Shown: positions 26,901 through 32,000 of the stretch, piece by piece
Position numbering within the stretch: position 1 is the stretch's first letter
How the letters are laid out: each line of letters opens with the position of its first letter
The notes under the pieces: model-generated
Database searches by the model: none
What the model was told of the DNA's origin: nothing
The model's input: the letters and a program-made list of their open reading frames with translations, nothing else
From: Pseudoalteromonas translucida KMM 520
Lineage (GTDB): Bacteria > Pseudomonadota > Gammaproteobacteria > Enterobacterales > Alteromonadaceae
Reading direction: 5' to 3'
Assembly (NCBI RefSeq): GCF_001465295.1
Contig: NZ_CP011034.1
Span: 3,300,001-3,332,000 of the forward strand
DNA: 32,000 bases
Made by a program: the position numbers and the translations under genes

Positions 26901-27088
26901 GCACCAGGATAGTTAGCTTCAATATTAATGTAGTTAATTTCTACATTAGGAAACATTTGGCGTTGAATAGTAAAGTAACTAATAATCCCCATTACAATGA
27001 TAAAAAACATCATTAAATTGGCAGCTACCGAATTTTTTGCAAAGTAGGAAATAATACCCGTTTGTTTTTGCTCTATTGGTTCATTCAT
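23963..27088 (-). CDS. RND efflux transporter permease (AcrB/AcrD/AcrF family)
   Basis: 1041 aa with 12-TM RND topology and two large periplasmic loops. Typical motifs include GIVVDDAIVIGE and AAGVVINDSLVM. Confidence 0.95.
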   Translation of the reverse strand: MNEPIEQKQTGIISYFAKNSVAANLMMFFIIVMGIISYFTIQRQMFPNVEINYINIEANYPGASPQEIEESILIKIEESLKDVTEIKKGVYRAFRNGGRASLEINTDVKLTDVLDKVKLRVDGIATFPGGMEPVTISQVEFRQDVIGMTLVADLPLSELKPIANQIESELLQLSNVSLVVNDVPLDEIAIEIEPDTLRQYNLTLSDVMNAVRRYSANFSAGQLKTDSGVISVRVENQFYSGEEFRKIPVKIGEYGAKVLLQDIAIIKDQFTEGERYFKFNGQNAVYLSVKATQEQNMIPVAESVKAFIEQKNNQLPPSIRLEPLMDMTYYLNARLDMMKANLFQGAILVAIMLSLFLRFKLALWVMLGLPVCFLGAMMMMPVFGISINIISLFAFIMVLGIVVDDAIVIGESAYTEIEKSGGGVESVVRGAKRVATPATFGVLTTIAVFAPFTLSSGPESAFFYGIAVVVMLCLVFSLVESKLILPAHIAHTHFAPIKKGSWRDRFNTRFFGFVNGPYKRFIVRCVEWRWTVMFAFIAMLILSVGLITSNKVRTVPTPKVPHDFPQIRVEMNDNVSDIQTIAAIRDIEAMVLQVDEATEREFGKKMIRDILVFNQGRTESQLLAPLVDEDLRPYNAFELSRRWREAMPTIAGVKSLTIQDDAGGGGANGNGEFGYLLYGSDIDTLNNAGRRFIQLLQQQKGLFDISSTIDPASKEVQMSLKPVAYDLGLDLSSVANQVGASFYGGEAQRVIRNGEEVRVMVRYPKLTREAFSSLKHAVITTPKGREVLLGDVVELTETPGISYIRREGGYRTVYVYGNIDEEQIEPGEVVKQVKENLLPQLKDEFPTVKSELGGAIEEQQAQASEQMMFFIGGMILVYILLAVPLKSYSQPLIVMSVIPFSLTGAIWGHYWFGLDISLMSGFGLIAAAGVVINDSLVMTDYVNQVRRNGVSIKDAVIEAGCARFRAILLTSITTFAGVLPIMFETSLQAKFVTPMAVALGFAVMFATLITLILVPCLYIILTDIGALFKRPFSKKTTKATI

Positions 27089-27099
27089 ATTTTGCTGCC

Positions 27100-28284
27100 T
27101 TACAACTGCTGAGTATTAGAGTTGCTTGTCTCTGAGCTTTCAGTTGCGCTGTTAGTATTAGTACCAGCCACTTTTACTTCCATGCCCTTTTGCGGATACT
27201 CTGGCAAGGTAACAACGAGTTTATCGTCTGCATTTAAACCGCTGTTAATATAAAAAAACTCACCTTCTTCTCTAATAACCGTTACTTTGCGCGGCTCAAG
27301 TTGTTGCTGATCATTTACTATCCATACCGTTTGATTATTCACTAATGCTTGCGGTAAACGGTAAATGTTACTAAGCATAGCGCCTGCAAAACTTACCTGT
27401 ACGTAGCTGCCAAATTTAATTGCTGGTTGTTTGCTTTTTAAACCGTAAGGGTCGTCAATTCGCACCACTAAACTACTCATGCGGGTAGCACTATCTACAA
27501 TACCTAAATCGCGGTCTATTACTGCTTCACGAGTAAAGCTATTTAGTCCTTTTTGAATCACTGTTGCAGTAATACCTTTAATACGCTCTGGTAAAAAAAT
27601 GCTATCAAAACCGGCAATAGGAATGATCACCTCTGCGGTTTCTATATTATTAATTTCGGCCACTTGCGAACCCATAGATACAAACTGACCAACACCAATA
27701 TTACGACTAATAACGAGCGCATCGTATGGCGCAGTAATTTCGCAATTGTCTAAGTCACGTTGCGCACGTTTTAAAGCAGCTTGCGCCGATTTAACCGCCG
27801 CTTGTGCACTCAACACTTGTGGTTTACGTAAAAATAAATCTGTACGGGCCTTACCAGGAAAGCGGGTTGCTTCGTCTGCTGCTACTTGTGCTTGTGCTTG
27901 CTCTTCAATTAAGCCTGCTTGTGCGCGTGCAAGCTCAGCCTCAGCCATTAAAACGGCTGCTTGGTAATTATCTTTTTCAATAGTAAATAGGGTTTCGCCA
28001 CGGCCAACTACACCACCGGCAATAAAGTTAGGGTGCCAACTTAATACCTCACCCGACACCTGCGCCGACAATTGGGTATTTTCAAGCGGCTTTACTTCAC
28101 CGTAACTATTAATAATAACCTGATGATTATTTGCCAAAGCACTTTCTACTGTAACGGTAGGACGTGTATCTACTGGTTTTTTTTCTGCTGATTCTTCTGC
28201 AATAGCGTTAATTCCCATAAAGCTCACTATGCCAATGGCAAGTGCAACAAAAGGAAAAACCCATTTAAGTATTCTTGTTTGCAT
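27100..28284 (-). CDS. RND efflux periplasmic adaptor (membrane fusion protein, HlyD/AcrA family)
   Basis: 394 aa with an N-terminal anchor/signal and a coiled-coil hairpin (AELARAQAGL...AQAALKRAQRDLDNCEITAPYDALV). It sits 11 nt upstream of the permease. Confidence 0.9.
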   Translation of the reverse strand: MQTRILKWVFPFVALAIGIVSFMGINAIAEESAEKKPVDTRPTVTVESALANNHQVIINSYGEVKPLENTQLSAQVSGEVLSWHPNFIAGGVVGRGETLFTIEKDNYQAAVLMAEAELARAQAGLIEEQAQAQVAADEATRFPGKARTDLFLRKPQVLSAQAAVKSAQAALKRAQRDLDNCEITAPYDALVISRNIGVGQFVSMGSQVAEINNIETAEVIIPIAGFDSIFLPERIKGITATVIQKGLNSFTREAVIDRDLGIVDSATRMSSLVVRIDDPYGLKSKQPAIKFGSYVQVSFAGAMLSNIYRLPQALVNNQTVWIVNDQQQLEPRKVTVIREEGEFFYINSGLNADDKLVVTLPEYPQKGMEVKVAGTNTNSATESSETSNSNTQQL

Positions 28285-28631
28285 AACTTAATTACCTCAA
28301 AAACTCACTAACAACATAATAACAGAGCTTAACCAAATATTAACGATGCATTTGTAAGTAACTATTTCTAAAATAGCTTTCAATTGATAAAAAGAACAAC
28401 AAGTAATACTACAGAGAAATTAAAGCTGTAATTTTTAAGTTTATAAATCAACAACTTTAAACAAAAACAAATAGTAGAGATGCGGTTTGGAGTAATAAGT
28501 ATGTAGTGGCGGCTGCGTCGCCTGTGCTAACTTTCAAAAATTATATTTTTTAAATAAAAGCGTTTTATTCGCAGCGCAAGAGTAATAGCATAATTGATTT
28601 ATACACAATTTAGAAAGTATGTAGCGCTTTG

Positions 28632-29420
28632 CTAAATAAAAATAGTGCCGGTTAAATACCTTACCGCATGCCCTGTGATCGTTACATATGTATCACCAAC
28701 ATCGCATAGTAACTGCCCTCCGCGGCTCGAAGCCTGATAAGCACGTAACCTTGTTTTAGTTAATTGCTGCGCCCAATAAGGGGCAAGGCCGGTATGAATA
28801 GAACCCGTAACAAAGTCTTCATCGCCACCACTGGCGGGCCAAAAGTAGCGAGACACAAAATCGTATTTATCTCCAGGCGCGCTGGCAACAACATCGAGCG
28901 GAAATAATGTTTCCAGTAACTGCGAATCGGTTTTAAGCTGAGTTACATCTTGCTCATTATCGTAAATAGCAAAATAAGCTTGGCGGTTTTTTAGCACTTT
29001 TGTGGGCGCTTTTGATAAACCATTTAGCAGTGCTGAAGGGGCATTTAATACAACAACCGGTGCTTGTTTTGGAAAGGTCATGGCAAAGCTACCATCGCTA
29101 TTTTTATTAACGACTAACTCGCCCACGGCAGCAGCATAAAAACGCACTTGCGATAAATTATGCTGCTCACAAAGCACATAAGCAGCTGCCAGTGTGGCAT
29201 GGCCACAAAAGTCAATTTCCATCAAAGGTGAGAACCAGCGAATAGCAAAGCTGCCATCGCTTTGCTGGCAAGTAAAAGCGGTTTCGGACACGTTGTTTTC
29301 TGCGCCAATTTTTAGCATTAAATCGTCGCTTAACCACGTATCTAGGGGGATCACTGCGGCATAATTGCCTTTAAATAACTCATTAGTAAACGCATCTATT
29401 TGATGAATAGTTAATTGCAT
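28632..29420 (-). CDS. PhzF-family isomerase-like protein
   Basis: 262 aa. IHQIDAFTNELFKGNYAAV...SETAF...FCGHATLAAA is a typical PhzF/YddE pattern. Confidence 0.85.
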   Translation of the reverse strand: MQLTIHQIDAFTNELFKGNYAAVIPLDTWLSDDLMLKIGAENNVSETAFTCQQSDGSFAIRWFSPLMEIDFCGHATLAAAYVLCEQHNLSQVRFYAAAVGELVVNKNSDGSFAMTFPKQAPVVVLNAPSALLNGLSKAPTKVLKNRQAYFAIYDNEQDVTQLKTDSQLLETLFPLDVVASAPGDKYDFVSRYFWPASGGDEDFVTGSIHTGLAPYWAQQLTKTRLRAYQASSRGGQLLCDVGDTYVTITGHAVRYLTGTIFI

Positions 29421-29493
29421 GGTTTAAACTTTATAATTACGAATAGCTTAAACCTGCCACAGTTAAATTAAATTATCACTACTATTTTAAACG

Positions 29494-30108
29494 TTATACC
29501 GTATTAGGGCGCATTTTATAATATTGAATGCAACCAAGCTGCGCAGCGTTGGTGAGTAAAATCATTACAAACGTTAAAATATGCGCAATACTTTGCGTAG
29601 CCATAGCAAACTCGGCAAATAAACCACAAATACCCGCTATAAACTGCAAGCTAAAATAACGTGCACTTAAATTACTAATATCACCACTGCGAATAGTTTT
29701 ATACGTTTGTGGCATTACACGCACCGAGCTCATTACCAAACCAACAAAGGTTAACCACGTTAGTACCCTAGCTGTATCGAGTGCTGGGTTAGCTAATAAC
29801 GTAAATGGCATAAGCGAAAAAGCCAACATACACAGTAACTGAATACGCTCTTTTCGCTCAGCATTATAACGCGCAAAATAGTATAAAATAGAACCACTTA
29901 ATATGCCTGTTACTACAAATGGCAGCGCCATATAAAAACGCTCAAAATACAGATTAAAGGCAATAAAGTACGTACTTTGTGCAACACCAAAGGTCATCAT
30001 CAACAGCGATAAACCCGACACGCTGCGATTTTTACGAATTTTATTTAGCAGTGGTAAAAAACTAATGACTAAAATAAATGAAGACAATACAGGCAGAAAA
30101 TGTGCCAA
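29494..30108 (-). CDS. 7-TM membrane protein with PQ-loop/SemiSWEET-like repeats
   Basis: 204 aa. Hydrophobicity read by eye gives 7 helices in a 3+1+3 arrangement. The second repeat starts with MPQTYKTIRSGDISNLS (PQ motif); the first has a degenerate LPLLNKIRKNRSVSGLS at the equivalent position. Confidence 0.45.
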   Translation of the reverse strand: MAHFLPVLSSFILVISFLPLLNKIRKNRSVSGLSLLMMTFGVAQSTYFIAFNLYFERFYMALPFVVTGILSGSILYYFARYNAERKERIQLLCMLAFSLMPFTLLANPALDTARVLTWLTFVGLVMSSVRVMPQTYKTIRSGDISNLSARYFSLQFIAGICGLFAEFAMATQSIAHILTFVMILLTNAAQLGCIQYYKMRPNTV

Positions 30109-30337
30109 AGCAACCTCGCTCGTTACGTAAGTGTTAATAGGAATTAAAATAGAAACATATAATAAACATATGTTTTAGAAGGACTTTATCTTATGGCTGC
30201 ATTGTAGTGGCGACTAGATTTTACTCAACTAAATTGAAAATATTTATTTAGCAACTGGCAACTTAGCTATACAAAAATCGTTAGCTTAAGTTCACGATTT
30301 TGTTGTTTTTAGCATAACCACCTGCAAAACTTGAATT

Positions 30338-30356
30338 GAAATTGATAATTGTTATC
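30338..30356. promoter_or_regulatory. Fur box overlapping the PepSY-gene promoter
   Basis: GAAATTGATAATTGTTATC versus GATAATGATAATCATTATC gives 15/19 by hand. It overlaps -35 TTGATA (30342-30347), which has a 17-nt spacer to -10 TACAAT (30365-30370). Confidence 0.55.
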
Positions 30357-30390
30357 ATGCGCAATACAATTTATTTCTATTGCTTTATAT

Positions 30391-31524
30391 ATGCGAAAAA
30401 CACTGTTTAAAATTCATAGCTGGGTTGCCCTTATTGCTATCATCCCGCTTATTGTTATTAGTATTACAGGGAGTGTTTTAGTATTTAAGAGCGAAATAGA
30501 TGGCCTGCTAATGCCAAATAGCCACTTTGTGGTAAAGGCACTCCCTGAACGACTGCCTATTGATAAGTTAATTGCAAAAGCAGAGCGTACTTATCCTAAT
30601 TATATAGTAGCTAGCTGGGAAATATTTAACGATGATACTGCTGATCGGGTTTACTTAATAAAGCGCGGTACAGAGCAATGGGCTAAGTTACATTTAAACC
30701 AATACACTGGTGATATTTTGTCCGAGCCTGTGGGCACCAGCCATTATTTCACCGATTGGTTTTTAGAGCTGCATTACACTTTTTTACTTAACGACTTTAA
30801 AAACTTACCAGGGCAAACAGGCACTGTATTAGGGTTCTTTTTTGCGGTGTTTTTACTCGTATTGGGTATTAGCGGCCTGATTATTTATCGCAAATTTTGG
30901 CGACGCTTATTTAGCGTGCGCTGGCGTGCAACATTACAAATAGTACTTAGCGACATTCATAAAATGGCCGGCGTAATAGGCTCACCCATTATTATTATTT
31001 TAGCCATTACTGGCGGCTACTTTAACTGGGCAGTGTGGTATCACGAAGCGATAGAGCACGCACAAGAAGCGCATTATGTACTAACCAACCCCTTATACAG
31101 TCACGACATTTCGTTGCAGCAAATACTTGATGACAGCAAAAAACAAATCTCTACTTTTAACGGTACTTTTTTAGTTTTGCCATTAGAGCCAGACGAAAAC
31201 ATTACCTTATTTGGTGAAGTAAGCACAACCAATCCGCTGGCTAGTGAATACGCCAATACTATTACTTACAGTAAACTAACTGGCGAACACATGGCTAACT
31301 GGGATATTCGGGAAGTAGGAATTGGCTGGCAAGTAATTGATAGCTTTAGAAAACTCCACTTTGGCTACTTTGCAGGGTTTGTAAGTAAGGTGCTGTGGGC
31401 TATTATTGGCTTAAGCCCTGTATGGCTTGCAGCTACTGGCTTTTATTTATGGTTTACCCGCCGTGTACGTAAAAAGCAATCACGACAAAACCGTTTAAAT
31501 AAACGTCGCGCAGCAAACTCTTGA
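30391..31524 (+). CDS. PepSY-associated TM helix protein (PiuB-like, iron-regulated membrane protein)
   Basis: Starts MRKTLFKIHSWVALIAIIPL, the characteristic opening of PepSY-TM proteins, and has repeated TM-plus-periplasmic-segment units. The track's TTG at 30349 lies inside the Fur box, so I prefer ATG at 30391. Confidence 0.8.
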   Translation: MRKTLFKIHSWVALIAIIPLIVISITGSVLVFKSEIDGLLMPNSHFVVKALPERLPIDKLIAKAERTYPNYIVASWEIFNDDTADRVYLIKRGTEQWAKLHLNQYTGDILSEPVGTSHYFTDWFLELHYTFLLNDFKNLPGQTGTVLGFFFAVFLLVLGISGLIIYRKFWRRLFSVRWRATLQIVLSDIHKMAGVIGSPIIIILAITGGYFNWAVWYHEAIEHAQEAHYVLTNPLYSHDISLQQILDDSKKQISTFNGTFLVLPLEPDENITLFGEVSTTNPLASEYANTITYSKLTGEHMANWDIREVGIGWQVIDSFRKLHFGYFAGFVSKVLWAIIGLSPVWLAATGFYLWFTRRVRKKQSRQNRLNKRRAANS

Positions 31525-31610
31525 TTAAAAAACAAACTCATTATAATGTTAGGTATAATAGTAATTAGCTCAATTTAAGCTGCTTACTTTCGTATCAATG
31601 GAGTGAGTTT

Positions 31611-32000
31611 ATGAAACTTTATCCGCTAGTGGTAATTACTGTTTTTTCATTAGTAGCTGGCTGCACCGGTACTAACAATCAAAAGCAAATACTGCAAACT
31701 ATACCGCTTACACAAGTAATTAATCATGCTTTATTTAGCCAACAACCCACTTTATCTGAACAAGCTATTTTTGAGCTGTCTGAAGTCGAGACAGAGCAGT
31801 TTTTAGCGTATGCCAAAAAACAGTTATTATCTGGGGTTCGTACCGATAGAGTTGTTTATAATTACCTTGAAAACCAACTAACTAACTTTACATATCACGG
31901 CGATACACTCACTTCCACACAAGCGGTTAATCGAGCGCAAGGAAACTGTATTAGCCTAGCGGTGCTTACCCAAAGCTATGCTCGCATTCTTGGTTTAGAT
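31611..32000 (+). CDS. Lipoprotein, possibly transglutaminase-like cysteine peptidase superfamily (truncated by the window end)
   Basis: GGAG RBS, then ATG at 31611. MKLYPLVVITVFSLVAGC is a lipobox (LVAG|C). Later, GNCISLAVLTQSYARILGL resembles the GxCxxxA...ARxxGIP catalytic-Cys motif of transglutaminase-like proteins. The frame is open to position 32000. Confidence 0.6.
   Translation, partial: MKLYPLVVITVFSLVAGCTGTNNQKQILQTIPLTQVINHALFSQQPTLSEQAIFELSEVETEQFLAYAKKQLLSGVRTDRVVYNYLENQLTNFTYHGDTLTSTQAVNRAQGNCISLAVLTQSYARILGLD

Noticed and set aside
1-32000. CRISPR arrays, tRNA/rRNA genes, prophage, integrase, toxin-antitoxin or known defence-system gene sets
   Set aside because: No regularly spaced repeats, no cloverleaf-like or rRNA-like segments, and no phage, integrase, nuclease-helicase or small paired-ORF architectures were seen. 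The only mobile DNA is the single IS4-family element.

Overview
The window reads as ordinary chromosomal DNA from a moderately AT-rich marine gammaproteobacterium. The Alteromonadales/Pseudoalteromonas-like assignment is inferred from gene content only. Nearly all coding capacity is explained by recognisable genes. Left to right: (1) a porin-tctCBA tricarboxylate uptake operon on the minus strand. (2) A 3-hydroxybutyrate (ketone-body) catabolic operon on the minus strand: GntP-type permease, secreted MetX-like esterase, bdhA, scoA, scoB. Its permease is split by an intact IS4-family element with a 12-13 bp target-site duplication. (3) A divergent TonB-dependent receptor. (4) A convergent CrbR/CrbS-like two-component pair (LuxR-type regulator plus SSS-domain hybrid kinase). 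(5) An intergenic candidate sRNA of about 215 nt with a sigma70 promoter, an overlapping Fur-like box, a terminator and short RyhB-like motifs. (6) rbgA/ylqF, yaeQ, a small alpha/beta hydrolase, dps and oligopeptidase B. (7) An orphan 190-aa protein, an RND efflux pair, phzF-like, a 7-TM PQ-loop-like membrane protein, a Fur-box-preceded PepSY-TM gene and a truncated lipoprotein. I found no CRISPR array, tRNA/rRNA, prophage, or obvious defence or secretion island, and I cannot point to a clear-cut new multi-gene system. The most interesting leads are three. One is a possible TonB-dependent 3-hydroxybutyrate-oligomer salvage locus, with two perfect 17-bp repeats in its control region. The second is the RyhB-like sRNA candidate. 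The third is the bacterial 7-TM PQ-loop protein. All functional calls come from reading the translated ORFs and motifs by eye; no searches were run.
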